Counted from the stretch's first letter, positions 1 to 8,727 are shown. The stretch is DNA of 64,000 bases from Myxococcota bacterium (GCA_965223415.1 OZ245002.1:3936001-4000000), one strand, 5' to 3'. The notes: generated by a model not told the origin, from the sequence alone. Translations and numbers: made by a program.

Positions 1-168
1 TCCGCCGAACTCGACGATGGTCTTTGTCGTGTCCTCGGCGGTCGCTGCGTCGACGTCGCTGACGACGACCGTCGCGCCGGACCGGGCGAAGCGGATCGCG
101 CAGGCCCGCCCGATGCCCCGGCCGCTTCCGGTGATGATCGAGATCCTGCCGGCGAGTCGTTCGTCCAT
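1..168 (-). CDS. SDR-family oxidoreductase, N-terminal part (runs off window)
   Basis: Manual translation MDERLAGRISIITGSGRGIGRACAIRFARSGATVVVSDVD has the TGxxxGxG Rossmann motif. Confidence 0.85.
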   Translation of the reverse strand, partial: MDERLAGRISIITGSGRGIGRACAIRFARSGATVVVSDVDAATAEDTTKTIVEFGG

Positions 169-173
169 GGCGG

Positions 174-1958
174 CTAATCGTACACCGCGTCGATGGACCA
201 GCAGCGTCCGACGTGGTCGCATCGCAAGCGGAAGACCCAGCCGTCGCGGGTCTGCACGTCGTAGTGGTCGAAGGCGTAGCGCTCGCCCTCGGACCACCAG
301 CGGCCGGTGGTGCGCCAGGGGCCGGCGCAGTGGACGACGTCGCCGTTGGCCAGGGGGCTGCGGATCCGGCGCGGCTGGCCGCCCGGCGCGTCGACCTGGG
401 CGCGCACCGGCGGGCGCAGGGCGCGCAGCGCCAGGTGGGGGCGCGTGGGGTCCGGAGGCTCGGACGCTCCGGCTTGGGAGGGGCGGAAGGCGGCGACCTC
501 GTAGGCGTCCGGGCGGTGGTCGTCGGCGACGGCGGGGGCGCCGACGCGATCGGCGCCGCACAGGGCGCCGAGCTCGGCGAGGGTGTGGTCGAGGACGGCG
601 GGGCTCGGGCCGGGAGGACGGAAGAAGTCGAGCTGGTCGCCGCGCAGGGGCGCGCCGGGCGTCGCCAGGCGCACGTGGATGGGCGCCTCGCCCGGTGGCT
701 TCGACTCGAGGGAGAGGGCGACCAGCCGCAGGGCCAGGCGCGGATCGACGGTGGGGGCGGCCAGGCCGACGCGTCGCGCGTCGCGGCCGCCGCCCTCGAA
801 GCCGAGCTCGAGCTCGAGATCGCCCAGGGCCAGGCCGCGACAGGTGAGCCGCCCCTGCAGCCGCGAGAGCATGCCGCGCAGCACGAACAGCAGGGGCTCG
901 AGCTGCTGCACGGCGAACTCGAGCTCCATGGCCTCCTCGAAGCAGAGCGTGGCCTCGGCGGAAGGAGGCGGCGCGCGGTCGTGGCCGCGGGCCAGATCGA
1001 GGAGCGGCACCACCCGCGCGCCGAGGCGCTGGGTGAGGGCACGTTCGGACAGGCGCAGCAGGTCGGAGACCCGGCGCAGGCCGAAGCGGGTGAGTGCGCT
1101 GGCGAGATCGTCGTCCGGATCCAGCAGGTCGAGGGGGAGAGGGGCCAGGGCCTCCGCGTCTTCGCCCGGCGGCACGACGCGCACGCTCTCGCCGGCGAAG
1201 GCGAGCTGCCGGGCGAGGATGCGGGCGGCGCCGCGGGAGCCGGCCACCGCCACCACGCCGGGCAGTCCGAGTCGCGCCGCACGCTCGCCGAGGGCGCTGG
1301 CGAAGCCGGCCTCGGAGTGGAAGAGGGCGCTCGTGCCGCTCGCGTCCACGATGGCGGCGGCCTCGGCGGCGTGCAGGCCGCTTCCGGCCGGGGCGAGCTC
1401 GGCGCGGGGCGAGGTGGAGAGCGCCGCGTCGAGGAGCGCGTCCCGGGCGGCGCGCTCGAGCGCGGGCGAGGCGACCTGCACGTGGAGCTCGGCGCAGGCG
1501 GCGCGGGCGTGCACCACGGTCGTACCGGGGCGGACCGCCGCCCGCGCCGCTTCGGGCGAGACCGCCAGGATCTCGGCGCGGGAGCCCGCGGCGGAGGCGA
1601 CGGCAAAGGGGCGTCCCCGAAGCTCCGGGTGGGCGCGCAAGGCGGCGGCGAGGGGCATGGCCGGGATCAGGAGACACGCCAGTCTGTTGGGACTTCGCTC
1701 GCCGGTCGTTCGCTTCCGCTCACGGGCTCGCTGCGCGTGCCTCGCTTCGCGGGTCGCTTGCGGGAGGAGAGGTGCGCTGGGCTCGTCGCTGCGGGCGGGC
1801 TCCTTGCGCGGCTTCGTCGGCTCGCGTTTCGCCTTCGGCGGCGGCTCGAGCTCGGGGAGCAGCGCCGGCTGCTCGAGACGCTCGGTGAGTCGCTCGCGAC
1901 GGATGCGCTTGGCGCGCGGAGCCTCGTCGCGGGAATCGGGACGCGTGGGGGGGGACAC
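174..1958 (-). CDS. imuB: ImuB-like inactive Y-family polymerase (mutasome accessory)
   Basis: Y-family layout without catalytic acidic motifs; QLDFF clamp-like motif; C-terminal GPWR..WW..DHYDV..W..YD. Follows a RecA-like gene. The N-terminal ~90 aa are low complexity, so the start is uncertain. Confidence 0.8.
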   Translation of the reverse strand: MSPPTRPDSRDEAPRAKRIRRERLTERLEQPALLPELEPPPKAKREPTKPRKEPARSDEPSAPLLPQATREARHAQRARERKRTTGERSPNRLACLLIPAMPLAAALRAHPELRGRPFAVASAAGSRAEILAVSPEAARAAVRPGTTVVHARAACAELHVQVASPALERAARDALLDAALSTSPRAELAPAGSGLHAAEAAAIVDASGTSALFHSEAGFASALGERAARLGLPGVVAVAGSRGAARILARQLAFAGESVRVVPPGEDAEALAPLPLDLLDPDDDLASALTRFGLRRVSDLLRLSERALTQRLGARVVPLLDLARGHDRAPPPSAEATLCFEEAMELEFAVQQLEPLLFVLRGMLSRLQGRLTCRGLALGDLELELGFEGGGRDARRVGLAAPTVDPRLALRLVALSLESKPPGEAPIHVRLATPGAPLRGDQLDFFRPPGPSPAVLDHTLAELGALCGADRVGAPAVADDHRPDAYEVAAFRPSQAGASEPPDPTRPHLALRALRPPVRAQVDAPGGQPRRIRSPLANGDVVHCAGPWRTTGRWWSEGERYAFDHYDVQTRDGWVFRLRCDHVGRCWSIDAVYD

Positions 1959-1979
1959 GTCGCGCTCCGGGTGGTGGAA

Positions 1980-2735
1980 TCATGCGGCGCGCTCGTCTTC
2001 GGCGCGCGTTGGCCCGTTTCCGACGGTGGGCTCGCTCTCTGCGCGCCAACGCACGGGGACGGAGCGGCCGTCGGGGCCGAGGCGGTTGCGGACCAGGGCG
2101 ACGCGACCGTCGAGCCCTTCGAGCCAGGCCGGGCCGGCTTCGAAGCAGGGACGCGCCTCCCCCAGCTCGAGGGCGAGATCGGCGAAGGTGCCGATCAGCC
2201 GCTGGTGGCTGAGCGTGACGAAGGCGGCGGAGGTGGAAGCCACGAGCTTGCGCACGCGCGGCCAGACCGCCTGGGAGACCCGCGGCGTCTCGTGGGCCAT
2301 GGCCAGGTCGAGCAGCACCAGGGCGAAGCCTCCGGCGCGCAGCACGTGCTCGGCGCAGCGCAGGGCCTCGGGCACGCCAGGGGGCCGGGCCCAGAGCACC
2401 CGGGCCAGGTCGACGCCGCCGTCCCGGGCCGAGATCGGGTCGAAGGCGTCGGCGCGGTCGATCACGCAGGCCAGCCCGCCGCCGGCCGTGGCCCGGGCGA
2501 GCAGGGCATGGGCCAGGGAGGTGCGGCCGCAGGAGGCCGGGCCGGCGATCTCGCTCACGCGCCCGCGCGGGAAGCCGCCCCCGAGCAGCGCGTCCAGCGG
2601 CTCCAGGCCGGTGGGCTGGCGTTCTTCGGGCAGACCGGGGCCGCCGCCTCGTCGGACGGGGACGGGAAGGGAGCGCAGGAGTCTCTCAAGGCGGCCGTCC
2701 TCGGCGGGGGCGGCTGCCCGGGGGGGCGAGAGCAT
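1980..2735 (-). CDS. imuA: ImuA'/RecA-like protein
   Basis: TGLEPLDALLGGGFPRGRVSEIAGPASCGRT (degenerate Walker A), GVDLARVLW, and adjacency to imuB. Confidence 0.8.
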   Translation of the reverse strand: MLSPPRAAAPAEDGRLERLLRSLPVPVRRGGGPGLPEERQPTGLEPLDALLGGGFPRGRVSEIAGPASCGRTSLAHALLARATAGGGLACVIDRADAFDPISARDGGVDLARVLWARPPGVPEALRCAEHVLRAGGFALVLLDLAMAHETPRVSQAVWPRVRKLVASTSAAFVTLSHQRLIGTFADLALELGEARPCFEAGPAWLEGLDGRVALVRNRLGPDGRSVPVRWRAESEPTVGNGPTRAEDERAA

Positions 2736-2746
2736 GACTCGGGATT

Positions 2747-2762
2747 TTCGCTCTTTCTTCGC
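2747..2762 (-). promoter_or_regulatory. Candidate SOS-type operator: direct repeat GCGAA-N6-GCGAA before imuA
   Basis: Plus strand TTCGC-TCTTTC-TTCGC with 11-bp period in the short purN-imuA spacer. Confidence 0.35.
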
Positions 2763-2768
2763 CTCGGG

Positions 2769-3386
2769 TCAATCCGAAACGGAGACCCGCCCCTCCTCGA
2801 TCCGCAGCCGGCCCAGGGCGAACGCCCGCACTGCTTCCGGCACCAGCCGTCGCTCGGCCTCGGTCACCCGGGCCTGCAGGGTCTCGATCGTGTCGTCCTC
2901 GCGCACCGTCACCGCCTCCTGGGAGACGATCGGTCCGTGGTCGTACTCCTCGTCGACGAAGTGCACCGTGGCACCGGTGACCTTCACGCCCTTGGCGAGC
3001 ACCGCCTCGTACACCCGACGGCCGTAGAAGCCCCGGCCCGAGAAGGCCGGGATCAGCGCCGGGTGCACGTTCAGGGCGCGGCCCTCGTAGCACCCGCGCA
3101 GCTGGAAGGGCGAGAGGAAGCCCAGCAGGCACACGAGCTCCACCTCGTGCTCGGCCAGGAAGGCGTGGATGCGGTCGTTGAACGCCTCGAGGTCGCGATG
3201 CCGCTTGCGCGGGACCGCGAGGGCCGGGATGCCGCGCTTCTCCGCCCGGCGGAGCCCGCCCACGTCTTCCTTGGAGCTCACCACCGCGACCACCCGCGCC
3301 GGCACGCGTCCCGCGTCGATCTGCTCGCACAGGTTCTCGAGGCTCGTGCCCTCGCCGGAGAGGAGCACGCCCACACGCAGCGTCAT
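2769..3386 (-). CDS. purN: Phosphoribosylglycinamide formyltransferase
   Basis: VLLSGEGTSL, LNVHPALIPAF, GATVHFVDEEYDHGPI. Confidence 0.95.
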   Translation of the reverse strand: MTLRVGVLLSGEGTSLENLCEQIDAGRVPARVVAVVSSKEDVGGLRRAEKRGIPALAVPRKRHRDLEAFNDRIHAFLAEHEVELVCLLGFLSPFQLRGCYEGRALNVHPALIPAFSGRGFYGRRVYEAVLAKGVKVTGATVHFVDEEYDHGPIVSQEAVTVREDDTIETLQARVTEAERRLVPEAVRAFALGRLRIEEGRVSVSD

Positions 3387-3437
3387 TCCGCACCCACGTG
3401 CAGCGTCATTCCGCACCCACGTGCAGCGTCATTCCGC
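3377..3437 (-). repeat. 23-bp tandem repeat (~2.6 copies) encoding two chained mini-ORFs MTLHVGAE (3406-3432 and 3383-3409)
   Basis: gcagcgtcattccgcacccacgt at 3377-3399 and 3400-3422, partial at 3423-3437. Each copy carries an ATGA stop/start overlap on the minus strand. Confidence 0.9.
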
Positions 3438-4298
3438 GAGCAGCCGCTTCATCACGCGGCGCGAGGCCGGCGACTTGTTGAGGGTGTAGAGGTGGATTCC
3501 CGGAGCGCCGCCCGCCAGGAGCTCCCGGCACTGGGCCGTCGCCCAGGTGACGCCCACCTCGAGGGAGCGCTCCGCATCGCCGGAGGCTTCGGCGAGGGCT
3601 TCCTCCAGCTCCCGCGGCGTCTTCGAGCCCGGTGAGAGCCGCATGGCCGCCCGCAGGTTCTGCAGGGCCACCATCGGCATGATGCCCGGCACGATCGGGA
3701 CGTCGATCCCCGCCGCACGGGCCCTGCGAACGAAGGCGAAGTAGTCCTCGTCGTCCAGGAAGAGCTGCGTGATCAGGAACTCGGCGCCCGCCTCGACCTT
3801 GTGCTTCAGGTTCGCGAGGTCCTGCTCGAGGCTCTCCGCCTCCGGATGCTTCTCCGGGTAGCAGGCTCCGCCCACGGTGAGGTCGAAGTGGCCCTTGATG
3901 AAGGCCGTGAGCTCGCTCGCGTGGCGGAAGCCGCCGGGCACCGGGCGCCACTCCGGCTGGTCCTTCGGCGGGTCTCCGCGCAGGGCCAGCACGTTGCGGA
4001 TGCCCTCGGCGTGCAGCCGGCCTAGCGTGACCGCGAGCTCCTCCCGGGTCAGGCCGGTACAGGTCATGTGGGCCATCGCGGTGAGGCCCAGCTCGTTCTG
4101 GATGCGAACCACGAGGTCGGTGGTCTTGCTGCGGGTCGAGCCCTGGGCGCCGCAGGTGACGGACACGAAGCCCGGGCCCAGCTCCTTCAGATCTTCGATC
4201 GTGCGGTAGAGGGCGCGGTAGCCCGCGTCGGTCTTCGGCGGGAAGAACTCGAAGGAGAAGACGGGCCCTTCCCCCTGGTACAGCTCTGCGATGCGCAT
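3429..4298 (-). CDS. metF: 5,10-methylenetetrahydrofolate reductase
   Basis: FSFEFFPPKT, LALRGDPP, YPEKHPEA, GAEFLITQLF, HLYTLN. Confidence 0.95.
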   Translation of the reverse strand: MRIAELYQGEGPVFSFEFFPPKTDAGYRALYRTIEDLKELGPGFVSVTCGAQGSTRSKTTDLVVRIQNELGLTAMAHMTCTGLTREELAVTLGRLHAEGIRNVLALRGDPPKDQPEWRPVPGGFRHASELTAFIKGHFDLTVGGACYPEKHPEAESLEQDLANLKHKVEAGAEFLITQLFLDDEDYFAFVRRARAAGIDVPIVPGIMPMVALQNLRAAMRLSPGSKTPRELEEALAEASGDAERSLEVGVTWATAQCRELLAGGAPGIHLYTLNKSPASRRVMKRLLAE

Positions 4299-4377
4299 CC
4301 GGTGGAGTGTACCCGACGGCCCATTGACGCTACGGGGCCATGGGCGAGACTGCCCCGCGAGCAGCCAGGAGGGTCGG

Positions 4378-5319
4378 ATGTCGGTGTTGTGTACAGGATC
4401 GGTGGCGGTGGATCACATCATGGTGTTCCGGGGCCGATTCCGGGACGTGATCCTGCCGGACAAGGTCCACATGCTGAACGTCGCCTTCCACGTGCCCGAG
4501 CTGCGGCGCAGCTTCGGCGGCACCGCGGCGAACATCGCCTTCAACCTGCGCCTGCTCGACGTGGATCCCCTCATCCTCGCGACGGTCGGCGGGGCCGACT
4601 TCGCCGCCTACGCCGAGTGGCTCGATCGGCACGGGCTGCGCCGGGACACCATCGTGCCCCTGGCGGACGAGTCCACGGCCGGCGCGTACATCACGACGGA
4701 TCTGGACGACAACCAGATCACCGGCTTCCATCCGGGCGCCATGGATCGGGCCCACGAGGCCGGCCTGGATCTCGTCCGGGCTCCCTACGAGATCGCCGTG
4801 GTCTCCCCCAACGGCAAGCAGGCGATGATCGACCACGCCCGCGGCCTCAAGGAGCGGGGCGTGGCGACGATGGTCGACCCCGGCCAGGGCCTGCCGCTCT
4901 TCGAGAAGGAGGAGCTGATCGAGCTACTGACCGGAGCCGACCTCTACGTCGTGAACGACTACGAATGGCAGCTCACCCAGGAAACCACCGGCCTCAGCCG
5001 GGAAGAGGTGGAGGACCGGGTCGGCGCCCTGGTGGTCACCCGCGGAGAGAACGGCTCCACCATCTACCACGACGGTGCGAGCGTCGAGGTGCCCGTGGTG
5101 CGTGCGGAGCAGGTCATCGATCCCACCGGCTGTGGGGACGCCTTCCGTGCGGGCTTCCTCGCCGGCCGCCTGCGCGGCCTCGACCTCGAGGCCAGCGCTC
5201 GGCTCGGAAGCGTGATGGGCTCGTTCCTGGTCGAGCGCGCAGGAACCCAGAACGCGGACTTCGGGCAGGGCGACGTCCGCGCCCGCCATCGCGAGGCCTT
5301 CGGCACGGACCCGGAATGA
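4378..5319 (+). CDS. PfkB-family carbohydrate kinase, probable adenosine kinase
   Basis: GSVAVDHIM, GGTAANIA, DPTGCGDAFRAG; AGGAGG upstream. Confidence 0.85.
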   Translation: MSVLCTGSVAVDHIMVFRGRFRDVILPDKVHMLNVAFHVPELRRSFGGTAANIAFNLRLLDVDPLILATVGGADFAAYAEWLDRHGLRRDTIVPLADESTAGAYITTDLDDNQITGFHPGAMDRAHEAGLDLVRAPYEIAVVSPNGKQAMIDHARGLKERGVATMVDPGQGLPLFEKEELIELLTGADLYVVNDYEWQLTQETTGLSREEVEDRVGALVVTRGENGSTIYHDGASVEVPVVRAEQVIDPTGCGDAFRAGFLAGRLRGLDLEASARLGSVMGSFLVERAGTQNADFGQGDVRARHREAFGTDPE

Positions 5320-6512
5320 CGGGCGGGCAGGCGGGCGCATGGCGGGACTGGCTGTGGCTGGCGATCTCGCTGGCGATTCCGCTGCCCTGGATCGTCGTAC
5401 ACGTCCGCGGCGCCCATCCGGCGCCGGAGCTCGTCGCGCTGCTCGCCGGCGCGGCGATCCTCGGCTCCGCCATGCTGCTCTCCTGGGCGACAGAGCTGGC
5501 GGAGAAGGACATTCCCCAGTCCCTGGCCCTGCTGGTGCTCGCCCTGGTGAGTGTGCTGCCCGAGTACGCCGTCGATCTCTCCTTCGCGATTCGCGCCGCC
5601 GAGGATCCGGAGTACGCCCAGTACGCGGTCGCCAACATGACCGGCGCGAATCGCCTGCTGATCGGACTCGGCTGGGCCACGGTGGTGCTCGTGGCGTGTC
5701 GGCGCAGTCGTACGTCGGAGCTCGAGCTACCGCCGACGCGGATCCTCGAGCTCCGCTTCCTGCTGGCCGCGACCGTCTATGCCTTCCTGATCCCCCTCGA
5801 TGGAAGGCTCTCGCTCCTCGACGCCGCGGTGCTGATCGGCCTCTTCCTCGCCTACGCCTTCCGGGCCTCCCGCGGCTACGCGGAAGACGTCGAGCTCGTC
5901 GGCCCGCCGGCGCGCCTCGAGGCCCGCTTCGGCGACACCGGTCGCCGCGTGTGGGCCCTGGTCCTCTTCCTGTTCGCCGGTTACGCCATCTGGGTCGCCG
6001 CCGAGCCCTTCGCCGAGAGCCTCGTCGCGGTCGGCAAGCGCACGGCCATCGACGAGTTCGTGCTCGTGCAATGGGTGGCGCCCCTCGCGTCCGAGTCGCC
6101 GGAGTTCATGATCGCGCTGCTCTTCGCCTTCCGGATGCGCGGTGAGGTGGGGCTCGGGGCGTTGATCTCGTCGAAGGTGAACCAGTGGACGCTCCTGGTC
6201 GGGGCGCTCCCCATCGCCTACTGCGTGGCGGCCGGGACCCTGAGCGGCCTCCTCCTCACCCCACGCCAGAGCGAGGAGCTGTGGCTGACGGCGGCCCAAT
6301 CGCTCTTCGCCGTGCTCGTGGTGGCGGATCGGGTCTTCCGGGTCTGGGAGGCCGTGGCGATCGCCGGCCTGTTCGCCGTGCAGCTCGTCTTCCCGAGCCC
6401 GGAAGTCCGCATCGCCTTCACCTGGCTCTACCTGGTGCTGTTCGCCGGCTTGCTGGCCCACTCGTCGGCGCGACGCCGGGCGATGCTCCGGCTCCTTCGG
6501 TTCCGGCGCTAG
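5316..6512 (+). CDS. Sodium:calcium (CaCA-family) antiporter
   Basis: About 11 TM segments; alpha-repeat motifs VLPEYAV, ANMTGANR, ASESPEF, ISSKVNQW; ATGA overlap with the kinase. Confidence 0.8.
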   Translation: MTGGQAGAWRDWLWLAISLAIPLPWIVVHVRGAHPAPELVALLAGAAILGSAMLLSWATELAEKDIPQSLALLVLALVSVLPEYAVDLSFAIRAAEDPEYAQYAVANMTGANRLLIGLGWATVVLVACRRSRTSELELPPTRILELRFLLAATVYAFLIPLDGRLSLLDAAVLIGLFLAYAFRASRGYAEDVELVGPPARLEARFGDTGRRVWALVLFLFAGYAIWVAAEPFAESLVAVGKRTAIDEFVLVQWVAPLASESPEFMIALLFAFRMRGEVGLGALISSKVNQWTLLVGALPIAYCVAAGTLSGLLLTPRQSEELWLTAAQSLFAVLVVADRVFRVWEAVAIAGLFAVQLVFPSPEVRIAFTWLYLVLFAGLLAHSSARRRAMLRLLRFRR

Positions 6513-7327
6513 CGGGCGTCCGCCAGCCAGGCGACCGCGGCTGCCACGTTGTCCCCCGCCCGCTTCTCGCGATGGGAGCCGCAGGCGCGCTCGCAGACCG
6601 CCCGGGCCAGGGCGGGGGCGCGCAGGTCGGCGGGCTCCCGCCCGGCGCCTTGCACCGCGGCGGCGACGGCCGCCGCCGGGTCCTTCACCCCGATTCCTTG
6701 CTCGCTCAGCCCGTCGGTCACGCACACCACCGCGCGAACGCCCGCCAGATCGTGACGCCCGAGCTGGCAGCGGGTGTGGAGGCTCTCCGGGGTCTCCTCG
6801 CGGGTGCCCAGGAAGGGGGTCGGTCGGCCGATCCGGGAGCCCAGCTCGTGCACGCTGCCCTCCGCTCCCACCACGAAGAGGTGGCTGTCGCCGACGCAGG
6901 CGTAGAAGAGATCCCCGGTCTCGGGGCGGACGAGGGTGGCGACCAGGGTGGTCTCCGAGTCCAGGTGCAGGCCCTGAGCCTTCTCGCGGAGGATGTCCAG
7001 GTTCGCGTCGCAGAGGGCGGCGAGGGCGTGACGACCCCAGCCGGTGAGGAAGCTCGCGTCGTCGCCGGTCCACTGGGGCGCCGGGTGGGCGAGCAGGTGC
7101 TCGACCGCCACCTCCGCCGCCTCGAAGCCCGAATGGCCGTCGGCCACGACCAACAGGGCGCCACCGGTCCCGCGGAAGAATCCGGCGGTGTCCTCGTTGG
7201 GATCGGTGTGCAGGTAGCTCTTGGGTGCGCCGCCCCGGGAGTTGGCGATGGCGACGGGTCCCTCGGCGACCACGTCCACCGCGCCGAGGTGGTCATGCTC
7301 CCGGCCACGAAGGACCGCGGACTTCAT
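6509..7327 (-). CDS. PP2C-family Ser/Thr phosphatase
   Basis: NED, VVADGHSG, CVGDS, VTDGL, GDN motifs. Confidence 0.85.
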   Translation of the reverse strand: MKSAVLRGREHDHLGAVDVVAEGPVAIANSRGGAPKSYLHTDPNEDTAGFFRGTGGALLVVADGHSGFEAAEVAVEHLLAHPAPQWTGDDASFLTGWGRHALAALCDANLDILREKAQGLHLDSETTLVATLVRPETGDLFYACVGDSHLFVVGAEGSVHELGSRIGRPTPFLGTREETPESLHTRCQLGRHDLAGVRAVVCVTDGLSEQGIGVKDPAAAVAAAVQGAGREPADLRAPALARAVCERACGSHREKRAGDNVAAAVAWLADAR

Positions 7328-7413
7328 GGGTCGCAGGATATCGGCGCCGTCGCTGGCCTGCGAGTGATCCGGCGCGGTGTATCGGAGGAACCCCTTAGAT
7401 ACTCCCTTCGTCG

Positions 7414-8409
7414 TCAACCCTTCGTGGCGAAGAATTTCTCGCCAAGGAAGTCCTGGTCGTGGCGGAGCATGCCGTAGATGGCGTGGAGCAGCTTCCGCAT
7501 GACGGCGACGAGTGCTTGCATCTTGGTTTTGCCCTTGGAGAGCAGCTTCTCGTAGAAGGCCTTCACGTTCGGTTCCCAGCGTGCAGCGACCATCGCAGGA
7601 AGAAAGAGTGCGCGGCGAAGGTGGGCGTTGCCGGTCTTGCTGATGCGAGCTGGCTTGTGCACAGAGGTGCCCGATTGAAACTGTCGGGGGTCGAGGCCCG
7701 CATGCGCGACCCATTGCCGGGTCGTCATGTCCTTGGGCAAGGTGCCTAGCTCGGCGAGCAACTGGATGCCGGCTGCGTCGGCGATACCCTTGATCGATGT
7801 GATGTGGCCGAAGTCTCTGGCGAGCTCGGGGCTCTGCTCGATCACCTTCAACGCTTGCTTGCGCAGCCGATCGATTCGCCCCTCCAGGAGCTCGATCAGT
7901 TCGCGGATGTCTTGCTTCACGAACTCACTGAGCTCCTCGCTCTGGTCGTTGGCATGGAGCCGGTTCTTCTCCTGCGTCACGGTCTTGCTCAGAGCCTCCA
8001 CGCGGCGGGAGAGGGCCCGTACCTCCAGAATTCGGGGGTCCGGCGGAGTCCAGGCGGAAAACTCCATGCGCATTCCGAACTCGAGAATCGTTTCCGCATC
8101 GAGCGCATCCGTCTTGGAGCGTTGAAGCGATGCCTTGGCGAACGCGGCAATGGCCCGCGGGTTCGCCACCATCACCTGGGACGCCTTCGCACGGTGAAGC
8201 GCGAACGCGAGGTCGAGGCCGTACACCCCGGTCGATTCCAGGACGACGCGCGCCGTCGCATTCCCCTTCGTGGCCCACCGAATCAGCCTCTGGTGGCCCT
8301 TGGGATCGTTCGCAAAGACCAGCCCGCCCTCGCGAGTTCCGTTCCGGTCGATGGCGACGACGAGCTCCTTCGCCCCGACGTCCACGCCCACGTAATGACA
8401 CTTCTTCAA
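7414..8409 (-). CDS. IS110-family DEDD recombinase/transposase
   Basis: YVGVDVG, LESTG, KTDALD (DEDD), GLDPRQFQSG (catalytic Ser), RISKTGNAHLR. TTG start after GGAGGAG. Confidence 0.95.
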   Translation of the reverse strand: MKKCHYVGVDVGAKELVVAIDRNGTREGGLVFANDPKGHQRLIRWATKGNATARVVLESTGVYGLDLAFALHRAKASQVMVANPRAIAAFAKASLQRSKTDALDAETILEFGMRMEFSAWTPPDPRILEVRALSRRVEALSKTVTQEKNRLHANDQSEELSEFVKQDIRELIELLEGRIDRLRKQALKVIEQSPELARDFGHITSIKGIADAAGIQLLAELGTLPKDMTTRQWVAHAGLDPRQFQSGTSVHKPARISKTGNAHLRRALFLPAMVAARWEPNVKAFYEKLLSKGKTKMQALVAVMRKLLHAIYGMLRHDQDFLGEKFFATKG

Positions 8410-8419
8410 GGTCTCTCCT

Positions 8420-8630
8420 CCCCGTGATAAGCTGGGACCCGGGTCTCCCGACCCTGCACATTCACCTACGGACCTTGTAGACGCAGGCTCTCGGGCCTCG
8501 GATACTCCACGGCATGGGTGACGAGGGCGGGAGGCCCATCTAACGGACAAGCTCTCTGGCTTCAGGCAGCGACGGCCTTTCCCGGGAACCCATCTCGGAG
8601 TCTCACTCAGGCCCGAAGAGCCTGCTCAGA
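8420..8630 (-). ncRNA. Predicted IS110 bridge RNA (5' hairpin, target-binding loop, donor-binding loop)
   Basis: 5' cUUCGg hairpin followed by two internal loops whose single-stranded segments match the flanks and the reconstructed end-to-end junction. Ends are approximate. Confidence 0.8.
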
Positions 8631-8727
8631 GGTACAAGAGCAGCGCGTGCCGGCCCGGATTATCCTGCCCCCCTGATCCGCATGGACGCGGATCCGCCTC
8701 AGCCGAACGCAAGGGGATGCTTCGCCC

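Larger units (their letters stand above)
7397..8638 (-). mobile_element. Complete IS110-family element (long 5' non-coding end), CT core at both junctions
   Basis: Minus strand: flank-CT(8638-8637)-TGTACC... and ...GGAGTAT-CT(7398-7397)-flank. No TIRs; DEDD recombinase inside. Confidence 0.85.

Noticed and set aside
3377..3437. Possible CRISPR array
   Set aside because: Repeats are contiguous with no spacers, and there are no cas genes in the window.
213..3635. 1140-aa plus-strand ORF, and similar long ORFs such as 21886-25335 (-), 28154-30961 (-) and 43728-47336 (+)
   Set aside because: Antisense or off-frame shadows of well-supported genes, expected at high GC; no recognisable motifs.
4068..6512. 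814-aa fused ORF, and similar N-terminal extensions on murC, murD, murF, murG and ftsW
   Set aside because: The extensions overlap other genes out of frame; true starts fall at stop/start overlaps.
8671..8680. CCCTGATCCG matching the first 10 bp of the IS1380 TIR
   Set aside because: Short match with no partner end or target duplication; likely chance.
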